A stretch of DNA of 62,230 bases, the filler included, from a bacterium (GTDB taxonomy: Bacteria > JAMORN01): NCBI GenBank assembly GCA_027063545.1. It is 20 parts of 20 records of this genome, joined end to end, with 100 filler letters (N's around TTAATTAATTAA, not from the genome) between each part and the next. Parts side by side here need not be neighbours in the genome. Positions count along the whole stretch, not along the records: positions 32,550 to 35,042 come from JAMORN010000343.1; positions 35,143 to 37,587 come from JAMORN010000344.1; positions 37,688 to 40,118 come from JAMORN010000345.1; positions 40,219 to 42,647 come from JAMORN010000346.1; positions 42,748 to 45,169 come from JAMORN010000347.1; 15 more parts are not named here. One strand, given 5' to 3'. Every line of letters begins with the position of its first letter. The stretch's first letter is position 1. Below the pieces are notes generated by a model. The model was not told the DNA's origin, did not search any database, and worked only from the letters and a program-made list of their open reading frames with translations. Below are positions 32,550-45,269 of the stretch, piece by piece. A program made the position numbers and the translations under genes.

Positions 32550-35042
32550 TATTTCTCTATTTAGATCATTCATATTTTTTAATTCTTCATAAACTTCCCA
32601 AAAATTATCTGACTTTTCTAAATTTTTATCCTCAGGGCTACTTTTTATTTTTTCAAATATTTCTTCAAAATATGTACTTTTTGCAATATTTTTATTATAA
32701 TCTTTGTATCTTATAAACAAATTTTTCCCTTTTCTAATTAATAATATCATTTCGTTATTATCTCCTTCTTTTGCCACTTTAATTCTATAAGGAAGACTCT
32801 CTACCTCTTTAACTATTTCAGGATATCTTTCCTTTATTTTTTGATACTCTTTTATTACTTTAGTAAAGAAACTTTCTTCTTCCATCTCATCTGGATTTAA
32901 ACCTAATCTTTTATATAACTCTGAAGGGTTAGGCTCTTCATCAGGAGAAAAAATCTTTGCATCCTCTCCTATACTATTATGTATAAGAAATAATTTCTGT
33001 TCTGCAATCTCCTTTTGTCTTGTATGAGACTCTCCCTGTTCTGTTGGAAAAAAATTAACAATTTTTAAACTATTAAAAACTCTTTGCCCTATTCTATTTA
33101 TTCTTCCTAATCTCTGAATAACTATAACCGGGTTCCATGGAATATCATAATTTACAACCATTCCAGCCCTTGCTAAATTAAAACCTTCAGATACTCTATC
33201 TGTTGTTAATAAAACATCATAATCATCTTTTTGCTCATCAGCTTTATAATCAAAATTTTCATTAATTTTTTTTATTAAATTTTTATCTAAATTTCTATTT
33301 ACAGTTAAAACTTTAAAATATTTTTCTAAAATAGGCTTTAAATATTCTACAGTATCTTTATATTCTGAAAAAACAATAACTTTTCTTTTAGGTGTTTCAC
33401 TTAAACTTTGTTGTATTATTTCTATTAATTTTTTTGCTTTAGGATCAAAAATATTATCATCTTCGTTCTTATTTACTAACTTTAATTCTTCCAATTCTTT
33501 TAATATTTTTTTAAATAATTCTATATCACTTTCTATATCTTTCAAAAACTGCTCTCCTAATTTCATTTTATCTATATAATAAATCATATATTTTTGCTGT
33601 TGATTATAAGAATTCTTTTTTTGTAAAAATTCCATATATTCTTTTTCTTTCTTCCTTAACTCTTCATTTGGATCTTCATATTCTTCAAAATCTTCTATGA
33701 ATCTTCTATCCATTAAATAACAATTATTTTCCTTAATAAAGTTATAAATCATTTCATAAGTTGAGAGGAAATTTCTTATACTTTGTTCAAATGCACCAAA
33801 AGAACTTTCAAATCTTTTTATTAAAAGTCTTCTCATAAAATCTCTTAAATTAGTCTGACTATAAAATTCAAAATTTTCTTTATTATCTTCATCATCAATA
33901 AGATTTTGCTCTTCAATTTCTTCTTCTTTTTTTATGTCTATACCTTTATAATATACATATGGTATATAAATCACTCCTTTAAATTCGCCTTCTTCTTTGT
34001 TAAAATATTTTGATATTACTTTATCATAAAATTCTAATTGATTATAATTTAATTCAAACAAAATATTTATAGGGTCTTCTACTTCTGGAAGATCTTTTAT
34101 TTCTTTTCTATAAATTGGATTATTTTTCAAATCAAGTCTATTTCTTCTTATCATTACTGGTTGAATGAATCTCTTAATCTCTTCTGCTAAATATTTAATC
34201 TCTTTTTCTACTTTTGATAAGATTTCCTTTTGAGTTAAATTACCCATATCTTCTCTAAAAATATTTTTATATAAAACTTTTACTCTTTTTCTCTTTTTGT
34301 TATCTTTTGACTTTAAATATTTTTTTATATATAAAAGTTGGCTGAATTTTCTTTCGTAATATTTAAATTTATAAACAGAATTTTCTTCTAAAACAATTGT
34401 AGATTTTTTAGGTATTTGAAATAATTTTAGTAAAGAAAATATATCAGATGGTCTATTATTAAAAGGAGTTGCTGTAAGTAAAATTGTTATTTTTCCTCTT
34501 GTTATTTTACTCAATAAATCATAACTTTTTGTTTTTTCGTTTCTAAATCTATGAGCTTCATCTACAATAACAACCTCTATGTCCTTATTTTTTTCTTTAT
34601 TTATTTCTTTTAAAACTTCATCTAATTTTCCTGATGAATAAACTTTCCAATCTAATTTGTTTAAAGAAAAATCCTCCATATATTCTTTCCAATTTTCCAT
34701 TAATCCAGGGGGGCATATAATTATACCTTTTTTTTGGAGAGCAAAAGCTATAGAAGAAGCTATTATTGATTTACCTAATCCTACTACATCTGCTACAATA
34801 ACTCCGTTGTTTTCTTCAATAATAGAAAGCCCTTGTTTTATTGCATCTAATTGATATGAAAATACCTTATATCCTTTCTCCTCTAATTGTTTTTCAACCA
34901 AAATAAGTTTTTTATCTGTTCTATAAGTATCCAGATATGTTTTTAAAGAATAAACGTATGCTTTAAAGGGAGTTATTTCTTTTAAAGGTGTTTCTTCTTT
35001 TATTATTTTAATAATTTTATCTTTTGTTATATTATCTTCTGT
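32550..35042 (-). CDS. SNF2/SF2 helicase, truncated at both ends
   Basis: ADVVGLGKS, DEAH, TATP, SEGFNL, QRLGRINR. Open frame spans the whole contig. Confidence 0.9.
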
Positions 35043-35142
35043 NNNNNNNNNNNNNNNNNNNNNNNNNNNNNNNNNNNNNNNNNNNNTTAATTAATTAANN
35101 NNNNNNNNNNNNNNNNNNNNNNNNNNNNNNNNNNNNNNNNNN

Positions 35143-35879
35143 CTTCCTTTAAAGAAATTCATATGAGGACTACCTATAAATCCAGCAACAAATTTATTTT
35201 TTGGATAATGGTATAAATTAAGTGGTGTATCTATTTGCTGAATTACCCCATCCTTCATTACAACAATTCTATCAGCCATTGTCATAGCTTCCATTTGGTC
35301 GTGAGTAACATATATCATTGTTGCTTCCAGTTTTGTATGAAGTTTTGATATCTCTGTTCTCATTTGAACCCTTAATTTTGCATCCAAATTAGATAAAGGC
35401 TCATCAAATAAAAATACTTTAGGATTTCTTACTAAGGCTCTACCAACCGCAACCCTTTGTCTTTGTCCTCCAGATAATTGTTTTGGTTTTCTATCTAAAA
35501 GATGAGCAATTCCTAGAAGTTCAGCTGCCCATTTTACTCTCTTATCTATTTCATCTTTAGGAATTTTTCTTAATTTTAATCCAAAAGCCATATTATCATA
35601 TACACTCATATGAGGATATAAAGCATAATTTTGGAATACCATAGCAATATCTCTATCTTTAGGAGGAACTTCATTAATTACTCTACCATCTATGCTAATA
35701 GTTCCCTTTGTTATCTCTTCCAATCCTGCAACCATTCTTAACGTTGTTGTTTTACCACATCCTGAAGGTCCTACTAATACAACAAATTCCTTATCTTTTA
35801 TTGTAAAGTTAATGTCTTTAACAGCTTCAAATCCGTTATCATAAATTTTCCATACATGATCGAACACAACTTCAGCCAT
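35143..35879 (-). CDS. Sugar ABC transporter ATPase (MalK/MsmX/UgpC family), truncated
   Basis: [40 protein letters not shown]. Confidence 0.95.
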
Positions 35880-35978
35880 TATCGCCTCCTAATTATTTTT
35901 TATTTTTCAACTTTCATATCTAAATTTAGATAAATTTTTTATAAAATTCAATTAAATTTTTTCTTATTTTTCTAAATT

Positions 35979-37587
35979 TTAATTTCTATATATTTTTTCT
36001 ATATATCCGATTGAAGTTAACATTGATATGATTTTATCCAAATGATCCAAATTTTTTACCCTTAAAATCATATAGCCTTTACCTATACCCTGATTATCAA
36101 CTTTATATACAATGTTTTCTATATTAGAATCCAATTTAGCAACATTATCAGAAATCATTTTTAAAAGACCTGGTACATCCTTGGCTACAAAATTTATTCT
36201 TGTTTTAAAATTACCACTATCTATATTCCACTGAGTATTTATCTTATTTCTTGATCTTCTATAATTTTTACAATCAATTTTATGAATAACAAGCTCTCCA
36301 GTTAACGACCTTATGGCTCCTATTTTATCCCCTGGAATAGGAAAACAACACTTTGCTATCTTTACAGGCACATTTGTTATATTATCTAATTTAATAAAAT
36401 TTTTTTCCTGTTTTAATGTTAGGTTATTTCTCTTTTTGTTGGTTTTTTGTATAATATTAACCTTACGTAAAACAACCCAAGGTGAAAGCTTCCCCATACC
36501 TATTTCTATTAAAATATCTTCCTGAGAATCTATATTTCCCCCTAGTTTATCCTTTGCATTCTTTAATATCTCCTCTATAGATATGTGATTGACCTCTCCT
36601 TCTTTTTCCAACTCCTTTAAAACTGATAAAAGCTTTTTATATCCCTCTTTTATATATAAATCTTTATTTTTTTCTTTTAAATACTGCTTAATTTTACTTT
36701 TAGCTTTATAAGTAGAAACTTTATCCAACCATTCTAAAGAAACCTCTTCTTTTGATGACTTTACAATCTCAATGGTATCCGAATTTTTAAGTTTATAATC
36801 TATAGGGACAAATTTTCCATTAACAAATGCTCCTTTTGTATGAAGCCCTAAATCTGTATGTATATAAAAAGCAAAATCAAGAACTGTAGCTCCTGAGGGT
36901 AAGAAAATGATATCTCCCTTTGGGGTATATACATATATTTCATCCTTAAAAAGTTCCTGTCTCAATTTCTTGTAAAAATAATTATAAGAAGATATATACT
37001 CTGTATTTAAAAATTCTCTCAAATTTTGAAAAGTTCTATCTACAGAATCATATTCTTTTCTATTTTCTTTATATAAAAAATGAGCTGCAATACCATATTC
37101 TGCAATTCTATCCATCTCTTCTGTTCTTATTTGAATCTCAACTATTTTACCATTAATTATTAATGTAGTATGTAAACTTTGATAATTATTAGATTTGGGA
37201 AGAGATATATAATCTTTAAATCTCCCGGCGATTGGTGTATAATTTTTGTGTAAAATACCTAAAATAGAATAACACTCTTCAACCTTTTTGGTTATTATTC
37301 TTATACCTATAATATCATATATCTCATCTATTTTCTGTTTCTGTTTTAATTTTCTATAAATAGAGTATAAATGTTTAATCCTATATTTTATTCTAAGTTC
37401 TTTAAAACCATCTTTTTCTAATAAATTTCTTATTTCTTCTATTATTTGATGTATCTTATTTATATCTAATTTTTCAACAAATTGCTTTATATAATTATAT
37501 TCATTTGGATATAATATTTTAAAACTTAAATCTTCGATTTCTCTTCTTGCCACATAAAGTCCCAACCTTGCAGCTATAGGTGCATAT
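35979..37587 (-). CDS. relA: Long RelA/SpoT homolog, 5'-truncated
   Basis: RIKHLYSIY, DYIS.PKSNNYQSLHT, EIQIRT, TGS domain, AKCC.PIPGD, ACT domain. Confidence 0.93.
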
Positions 37588-37687
37588 NNNNNNNNNNNNN
37601 NNNNNNNNNNNNNNNNNNNNNNNNNNNNNNNTTAATTAATTAANNNNNNNNNNNNNNNNNNNNNNNNNNNNNNNNNNNNNNNNNNNN

Positions 37688-38277
37688 TTTTAAATGAGGT
37701 TAGAGGGAGTAATTTAGAATATTTAGTAACAGATTCTTTACTTAGATCTATGCAAAAAGCCTATTATGGACCTGAAAATAAAGGCCATTTTGGATTATCT
37801 TTAGAATATTATGCTCATTTCACTTCTCCAATAAGAAGATATCCAGATATAATAGTTCATAGAGTGTTAAAAAAGGCTTTGAGAGGAGAAAAAAGTGTAT
37901 ATTCTTACGATGATTTAATAGAGATAGGAAGACATACTTCCTTTAAAGAAAGAATTGCTCAAAATTTAGAGAGAGATTTTACAAAGCTAAAACAGCTTGA
38001 ATTTATGTTAAATTACATTGGAAAGGAATTTTGGGGTATAGTTTCTGGAGTAATATCATCAGGAATATTTATCCAATTGGAAGAATTTTTAATAGAAGGA
38101 TTTATACCTGTTAAAAATTTATATCATTTAGATGAATTCTACTTTTCTTCAGATGCTCTTACATTTACAAGTGATAAGTATGGACCTTTGTATTTAGGTA
38201 GAAGGGTTAAGGTCAAAGTAGTAGATATAAATTTGGTAAGGAAGAAATTAACATTTGATATATTAAAAATAGAATAA
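37688..38277 (+). CDS. rnr: Ribonuclease R, C-terminal part
   Basis: HFGL..EYYAHFTSPIRRYPD and a terminal S1 domain. Confidence 0.92.
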
Positions 38278-38380
38278 CTTTTTAAGTTTATTTCAATTAA
38301 AGAAAAAGTTATATGAAAAATTTTATAGCCCAAATATTGTTGAATAGTTTGATATTATAGCTTTTTACTTTTAAAATAAA

Positions 38381-38413
38381 AAAGGGAAGCCTTCTTTTAG
38401 AAGACTTCCCTTT
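38381..38413. terminator. Bidirectional terminator between rnr and tRNA-Glu
   Basis: AAAAGGGAAG...CTTCCCTTTT inverted repeat. Confidence 0.7.
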
Positions 38414-38491
38414 TGGCGACCCCTAGGGGATTTGAACCCCTGTTACAGGGATGAAAACCCTGTGTCCTAGACCGGGCTAGACGAAGGGGTC
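38414..38491 (-). tRNA. tRNA-Glu(TTC)
   Basis: Cloverleaf GACCCCT...CAGGG-TTTTCAT-CCCTG...GGTTCAAATCC...AGGGGTC-G-CCA. Confidence 0.96.
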
Positions 38492-38535
38492 GCGCTTTAA
38501 TTTTTACCTTTTTATCATCTCAATTTACGTTTTAG

Positions 38536-38564
38536 AATATAATAAATATTTTTATTGAAGTCAA
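38536..38564 (-). promoter_or_regulatory. Sigma70-type promoter for tRNA-Glu
   Basis: TTGACT-17 bp-TATATT. The AT-rich background lowers specificity. Confidence 0.55.
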
Positions 38565-38630
38565 TATTTTTTTTTATTTTTCTTGAAAAACTTGAAAAAA
38601 TATTCATAATAAATTTATTTTAAATAAACT

Positions 38631-40016
38631 ATGATGTTATTAAAAATATTTTCTTGGAAGAGAAAAAGATTAAAAATAAATCTTTTTGGTGGAATTTTTT
38701 TTATACTAACCTTTATTATTGTATCGTTGATTATTAATATTCAAATTACGTCCTCTTCAAGTTCAAATTTAAAAAGTTATATATCCAATAATGATATTAT
38801 TTTTAATGAGAGTGAATTTTATTTTAATAATAAAAAGGAGATTATAAATAATATATTAAAAAAGTTAACATATGCGCCTTTAGATAGTATTAAAACTCAT
38901 GGGAAGTTGGATTATAAAGGCCATACTATAACATATAAAACTACTATAGATTCTATTTTACAATATTTATCTAATTATTATTTAAAAATCTATCATCCTA
39001 AATACGCTGCTTTGGTTATATTAGATTCTTATACAGGAAGAATAAAGGCCCTAATTTCATATTTTAATCCTGATTCTGGAGAGAATTCTTATAAGGATTA
39101 TAATTTTTATATGTCCAATAAATTCCCTGCAGCCAGTATTTTTAAATATATTACTTTATATACTTATCTTACCCGACATAACGGAGACATAAATGATAGC
39201 TGTTTTTTTGTTGGAAGAACAAATACATTATATAGATATCAATTAAAGGATACTATATATAGGTATTCTAGAGGTGTTAGTTTAAAAAGAGCTTATGGCT
39301 TATCTATTAACCCTGTTTTTGGTAAAATAGGATATAAATTGAATAATTTAATAATAGATGTGGCAGAGAGTACATTTTTTTTCAAAGATACTATAAATTT
39401 TATAATACCTATAGCAGGAGGAGATTTAATACCTATTAAAAAAGAATATAATTATGCTGAACTAGGTTCTGGTTTTACATATAAAACAACTTTAAATCCT
39501 ATTCAGGCAGCTCTAATTTATACAGCTGTAGTTAATAAAGGATATATTCCAAAGCCATATTTATTTGAAGAATTAAAGGTAGATAATAAAAAAGTTTATA
39601 GTGGTGAACAAGAAATTATAAAATCAGGATTAAGTAAAAGAGCATTATCTGAAATAGAAGAGGCTAGTAGATATGTTATAAAAAGAGGAACAGCAAGACG
39701 AAAGGCTAGGAGATTGAAATATATATTAAAAAAATATCCTAACTGGGTAGTTGGAGGAAAAACAGGAAATATTAATGGAAAGTATATAAAGGGTAGGACA
39801 GATTGGTTTGTAGGATTTGTATATAATAAAAATAATCCATATAAGGAAAATTTTACAATAGCAATAGTACAGGTTCATGGTTATTACTGGACACAACATT
39901 CTTCTTTTATAGCTTCCGAAATTATTAGAAGATATATAAAGTATAAGGAAAAAGAGAAAAGTAATGTTGCCAGAGGAAGAGAAGGAATTTCAAATAATAA
40001 AGAAATTGTTAGATAA
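38631..40016 (+). CDS. Penicillin-binding transpeptidase-domain protein
   Basis: N-terminal TM; SIFK (SxxK), SIN (SxN) and KTG motifs. Confidence 0.9.
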   Translation: MMLLKIFSWKRKRLKINLFGGIFFILTFIIVSLIINIQITSSSSSNLKSYISNNDIIFNESEFYFNNKKEIINNILKKLTYAPLDSIKTHGKLDYKGHTITYKTTIDSILQYLSNYYLKIYHPKYAALVILDSYTGRIKALISYFNPDSGENSYKDYNFYMSNKFPAASIFKYITLYTYLTRHNGDINDSCFFVGRTNTLYRYQLKDTIYRYSRGVSLKRAYGLSINPVFGKIGYKLNNLIIDVAESTFFFKDTINFIIPIAGGDLIPIKKEYNYAELGSGFTYKTTLNPIQAALIYTAVVNKGYIPKPYLFEELKVDNKKVYSGEQEIIKSGLSKRALSEIEEASRYVIKRGTARRKARRLKYILKKYPNWVVGGKTGNINGKYIKGRTDWFVGFVYNKNNPYKENFTIAIVQVHGYYWTQHSSFIASEIIRRYIKYKEKEKSNVARGREGISNNKEIVR

Positions 40017-40118
40017 TAAACAATTAATAGAAGCAGAATATATAGATGTTCCAAATGGTGATGATGCTGTAGTTTTAAGTACAGATAACATTTCAAAAAT
40101 AGTAATATCTCAAGATTC
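39964..40118 (+). CDS. thiL: Thiamine-monophosphate kinase N-terminus (truncated)
   Basis: EFQII...GDDAVV...SQD pattern. Confidence 0.7.
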
Positions 40119-40218
40119 NNNNNNNNNNNNNNNNNNNNNNNNNNNNNNNNNNNNNNNNNNNNTTAATTAATTAANNNNNNNNNNNNNNNNNNNNNNNNNN
40201 NNNNNNNNNNNNNNNNNN

Positions 40219-40400
40219 GCCATAGTATTTTGCTGTTCTTCAGAAATACTAGCCAAATCTGCAAAATGGTGGGTATATACATGATCTTCTGAAGTTGTCT
40301 CTTCTATAATCTCCTTATTTAAAACTCCCGTTTCCCTTAAAATTTCTTCCCTTTTAGCCAACAATTTCTTTTTTAAATATTCTAAAGTTTCCTTATCCAT
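40219..40400 (-). CDS. DksA/TraR family protein N-terminus (truncated)
   Basis: LEYLKKKLLAKREEI...HFADLAS; lies directly downstream of ileS. Confidence 0.75.
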
Positions 40401-40454
40401 TATTTCCTCCTTTACTTATATTGAAATGTTGTTTTTCTAAAAGAATAAGATAAC

Positions 40455-42647
40455 TTAATTTTCAATTTTTTCAACCCCTATTTTTACCTTTATACCATCA
40501 ATATCCCATTCCAACATATTATCTATTTGTCTATCTGTAACTATATCAATAGATAAAGTTTCCTTTTTAATATAATCTTCAAATTTAGAAATAGCTTTCT
40601 TAATATTATCACTTTCTGTTTCAATATAAACTACTATCTTATCTAATACATCCAAATCACTTTTCTTTCTTGTATTCTGTATTCTATTTACTATATCCCT
40701 AGAAAGACCTTCTAATCTCAGATCCTCATCTATATGTATATCTAATCCTATAGATATACCTCTATCTTCCTCTAATACCAACTCTTCCTTGGCTACCCAT
40801 TTAAACTCAACCATATCTTTTGTTATTTCTATCTCCCGACCATCTACATTAATAGTTATTATACCTCTTTCATTTAATTCATATGCTTTTTCCGTTCCTA
40901 ATTCTTTTAATGTATTTCCTACTTTTTGAGTTAATTTTCCGAATTTAGGACCTATAACTTTAAAATTAGGTATCACCTTAGGTTCAAGTAAATTTGAACT
41001 AGAATCTAATATTTCTAACTCTTTTATATTCAATTCATCTAGAATTATATTCTTAAACTCTTCTATTATATTTTTTACTTTATTACTAGAAACAGATACA
41101 TATAACTTTCTTAATGGCTGTCTTATCTTTATCTTTGTTTTTGCTCTTGCTGCCCTTGCTAAATTTACAACTGTTAATACATAATCCATTTTCTCTTCTA
41201 ACTCTTTATCTACTAATTTGTTATCAACTTTTGGAAAATCACAAAGATGAACACTCTCTTTACCATAAATCTTTTCACCTTCTAAAGCCCTATATATCCA
41301 ATCAGAAATAAAAGGTATAAATGGCGCTGAAATTAAACTTAAATTTAATAATACTTCATATAAGGTATAATACGCAGCCCATTTATCTTCATTTTTCTCT
41401 GTTTTCCAAAATCTTCTTCTATTTCTTCTTACATACCAGTTTGAGAGATAATCTTCTATAAAGATTGTTATTGCTTTTACAGCCTTATGAATATCATAAT
41501 TCTCCATATAATTATCTACTTCTTCTGCTAAAGAATAAACTGCTGATAAAATCCATCTATCAAAAAGATTATATTCTATCTCCTTCTTTTTATTCTCATC
41601 ATACTCAAAACCATCTATATTAGCATACATACTAAAGAAAGAGTAAGTATTAAGAAGAGTTGTTATAACCTTTAATACATCCTTAACTCCATCCCTATCA
41701 AATCTTGTAGGAATCCATGGTGGTGATACACTCATAAGATACAATCTTAAAGCATCTGCTCCATCTTTATTTATAATATCCCATGGATTAACAGTATTTC
41801 CCCTTGATTTACTCATTTTTTGACCATATTTATCTAAAATAAGTTCTGTCACTAAAACATTCTTATACGGCGCTTCTCCGAATATTAAAGTAGAAATTGC
41901 CATTAATGAATAAAACCACCCTCTTGTCTGATCAATTCCTTCTGAGATAAAATCAGCTGGAAACTGGCTCTTAAACTTTTCTTGGTTTTCAAATGGATAA
42001 TGAAATTGAGAAAATGGCATTGCACCAGAATCAAACCACACATCAATAACATCTGGCACTCTTTTCATTACACCACCGCATTTAGGACACTTATATGTTA
42101 CCTCATCAACATAAGGTCTATGAAGGTCATCTTTAGATGGAAGTGTTAGTGCATCCTTTAACAGCTCCTCTTTTGATCCAACAACCTTTATCTCTCCACA
42201 TTTTTCACATCTCCATATTGGAAGAGGTGTACCCCAATATCTGCTTCTTGATATACCCCAATCAATTATATTTTCAAGCCATTTACCAAATCTTCCTGCT
42301 CCTACTTCCTTAGGATACCAATTTACCTTTTTATTATTTTCTATCATTTTATCTTTAACTGCTGTAGTCTTAATATACCAAGATTTTCTTGCATAATATA
42401 AAAGAGGTGTTGAACAACGCCAACAATGAGGATAGTTGTGAGCATATTTTTCCTTTTTATATAAAAGATTTCTTTCTGCTAGTTTTTTCATTATATCAAC
42501 ATCACAATCCTTAACAAATCTTCCTTTAAAATCAACAACCTCTTCTGTATATTCTCCTTTATCATTTACTGGTTGAAGTATTGGTAAACCATATTTTTTA
42601 CCTACATTATAGTCATCCTCACCAAAAGCAGGAGCAATATGAACAAT
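40455..42647 (-). CDS. ileS: Isoleucine--tRNA ligase (type 2), 5'-truncated
   Basis: HIAPAFGEDD, YPHCWRC, DWGISRSRYWG, EGIDQTRGWF, KMSKS; type-2 C-terminus. Confidence 0.97.
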   Translation of the reverse strand: MVHIAPAFGEDDYNVGKKYGLPILQPVNDKGEYTEEVVDFKGRFVKDCDVDIMKKLAERNLLYKKEKYAHNYPHCWRCSTPLLYYARKSWYIKTTAVKDKMIENNKKVNWYPKEVGAGRFGKWLENIIDWGISRSRYWGTPLPIWRCEKCGEIKVVGSKEELLKDALTLPSKDDLHRPYVDEVTYKCPKCGGVMKRVPDVIDVWFDSGAMPFSQFHYPFENQEKFKSQFPADFISEGIDQTRGWFYSLMAISTLIFGEAPYKNVLVTELILDKYGQKMSKSRGNTVNPWDIINKDGADALRLYLMSVSPPWIPTRFDRDGVKDVLKVITTLLNTYSFFSMYANIDGFEYDENKKKEIEYNLFDRWILSAVYSLAEEVDNYMENYDIHKAVKAITIFIEDYLSNWYVRRNRRRFWKTEKNEDKWAAYYTLYEVLLNLSLISAPFIPFISDWIYRALEGEKIYGKESVHLCDFPKVDNKLVDKELEEKMDYVLTVVNLARAARAKTKIKIRQPLRKLYVSVSSNKVKNIIEEFKNIILDELNIKELEILDSSSNLLEPKVIPNFKVIGPKFGKLTQKVGNTLKELGTEKAYELNERGIITINVDGREIEITKDMVEFKWVAKEELVLEEDRGISIGLDIHIDEDLRLEGLSRDIVNRIQNTRKKSDLDVLDKIVVYIETESDNIKKAISKFEDYIKKETLSIDIVTDRQIDNMLEWDIDGIKVKIGVEKIEN

Positions 42648-42747
42648 NNNNNNNNNNNNNNNNNNNNNNNNNNNNNNNNNNNNNNNNNNNNTTAATTAAT
42701 TAANNNNNNNNNNNNNNNNNNNNNNNNNNNNNNNNNNNNNNNNNNNN

Positions 42748-43654
42748 TGGAAGTTTTAAAGATAATAAAATTGTAGGCCATGATAGTTATGATGAGGCTT
42801 TTAGTATATATAAAAGAGAACCTTTTAGCTTTCCAAGTGAAAATATAAAAATTCTTACCAATAAAAAGAGTATTTATGAAGAAGATAATATCATTTTTTA
42901 TTCTAGTTGGTTTAAGATACCATATTTCAATTTAAAAGATTCAAAAATAAATATTTTAATCTCTCATATAGGAATTTCCCAAGATGGAGATATTTCAAAA
43001 GAAGAATTTATAGAAAGAACAAAGAATTTTGATTATATAGCATTGGGGCATTATCATAGTTTTAATAAAATTTCTGATAGAGCTTATTATAGTGGTAGTT
43101 TAGTTCAATTTAAAGGATCTTCCTCTCAAAAAAAAAAGATTCCAAGTGGATTTATTATTGTTGAAATAGATGATAATAAAAATCTTAATGTTATTTATGA
43201 AGAGTTTAATGATATTCCTCAGATTTACAATTATCCAATTGTGTATAATAACCAAATGATCGAGGAAATAGAGCAAAAATTAGAAAATGGTAATATTGTA
43301 TTTATAGAAAATTATTTAGAAAAGTTAAAGGATGATATAAGTAAATTGAAGCATAGATTTGATAACAATTTAAGAGGAAAACTTCAATCATTAAACATTA
43401 ATAATGATATTATAAACATTTTAGAAGAGATTCTAGACCAATATGAGAATACTATAACCGAATTTAATAGAGAATATATAGACTTAGAAGATTTTCATAT
43501 AACTAAAGAGGATATATTGGATTTTCTTATATATGATTTTGCTTATTTAACCTCTCAGGAAGAACTAAAAGAATCGGTTTTAAAGAATAAAATTATTGAC
43601 TATTTGATAAAAAAATTTGAAGAAATAGGATATAGTAATGAAGGAAAGGATTAA
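42748..43654 (+). CDS. SbcD/Mre11-like metallophosphoesterase, 5'-truncated
   Basis: Frame open from the contig edge; LISH, DYIALGHYH, YYSGS motifs. Confidence 0.8.
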
Positions 43655-45169
43655 TAGTTTTATAATAAAATCAATTGAGGCAACAAATTTTAAGGTATTA
43701 GTAGATGATAAATTAGAATTTGATAAGGATTACAATTATATAGTAAGGGCAAATGAAACAGGAAAATCTACTTTAATTTTACTTATAAAAGTATTGTTTT
43801 ATTATTTAGGGGGTAAATTAGTAGAAAAGAATTTTGAAGGAAATTATAAAGGTTATGAAGAGCGGTTCTACAAAAATCAATACATATTAGAACTTTATTT
43901 ACCTTTATTAAAACATAAAGATTCTCTTTATGAGCCAAGTGTTTTTTATGATTATTCTATTAATGATAATGATTTTAGATTAGAGTTTTTGTTTTCTTCA
44001 GATAGAATTGATAAGAATTTATATGCAAAAATTGGAGATAAACTTCAGAAAATAAGTTTAGATTATATAAAAGAGAATTATGATTTATCCTATTTTTCAG
44101 AAATAGATTTTTCTAAATTTTTTATTATAGATGAAAGGGAAAGTAAAAGCTTTAATACAATTGTTTTGGATAATATTATTAATATTCTGTTTAATTTTGA
44201 GAAAATAAATACATTAAATAAAGTATTTAAATCAACCTTTATTAAATCAAATGGCTTGAGTGCAAGTGTTTTTCCTCAGGATTTAAAAGTTTCTACAATT
44301 AAAGATAATATCATAGAACTTGAAAATAAACTATCAGAATACTATAAAGATTTTCAAAGGATGAAATATTTAGAAGAAATTTTAAACAAACGAGAAACAG
44401 AGAGTAAAGTTTATGACGAGAGAATAAATTCCTTAAAAGAGGTTTTAGAAAAAATTTGGAAGGTTTTTTATATACTAAAAGATGAGAGAATAAGAAATAT
44501 TAAAGTAGAAGATGAAGCAGAGATAAAGAATCAAATATTAGAGTATGAAAAGTTAATTAAAAAGTTGGATGAAGATATACAAAAAATAGATAAAGACTAC
44601 AAAACAGAGATAGATATAGAAGAAAATTATAAAAAAGAAATAGAACAATGCCTTAATAGAATTATAAATATAGATGAAGAGTTAAAAAATTTAAGTATTT
44701 TGAATTTATATAAAAAACTTATTCTTCATAGTAAAAAGTTTGATAATATAGAAAAAGAGATAATACAATTAGAATCGGAAAAAAGAAGGTTAGAAAAGGA
44801 GAGATTACAATTAATAGAAAAGCGAGCAGAATATAAGAGAATACTAGATGAAATTAAAGAAAAGAGAGAAAATATAAGAAAAGCTTATAATAAAGTAAAG
44901 GAATTGATAGAGTTGGAATTTACAGAGGAAGAATTTTATGATAGACATTTAAAAAATACAGTATATTTGGAAAAATTGAAAAAAATATTTTCTAAAGTAT
45001 TTGTTGATACAGAGAATTTTCAATTTATAATTAAGCTAAATTCTAACAAATTAGATAAAGAGATTAAATATTCGTATGATGAAATAGATGGGACTTTAGA
45101 GGTTGGGAAAAAAGAAAAAATAGATTCAAATTATTTTAGAATTTTTGTTAAGGATAAGTTTGATATAGA
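43638..45169 (+). CDS. SMC-like/SbcC ATPase, N-terminal half (truncated)
   Basis: IKSIEATNF, Walker A ANETGKST, long coiled coil. Confidence 0.85.
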
Positions 45170-45269
45170 NNNNNNNNNNNNNNNNNNNNNNNNNNNNNNN
45201 NNNNNNNNNNNNNTTAATTAATTAANNNNNNNNNNNNNNNNNNNNNNNNNNNNNNNNNNNNNNNNNNNN

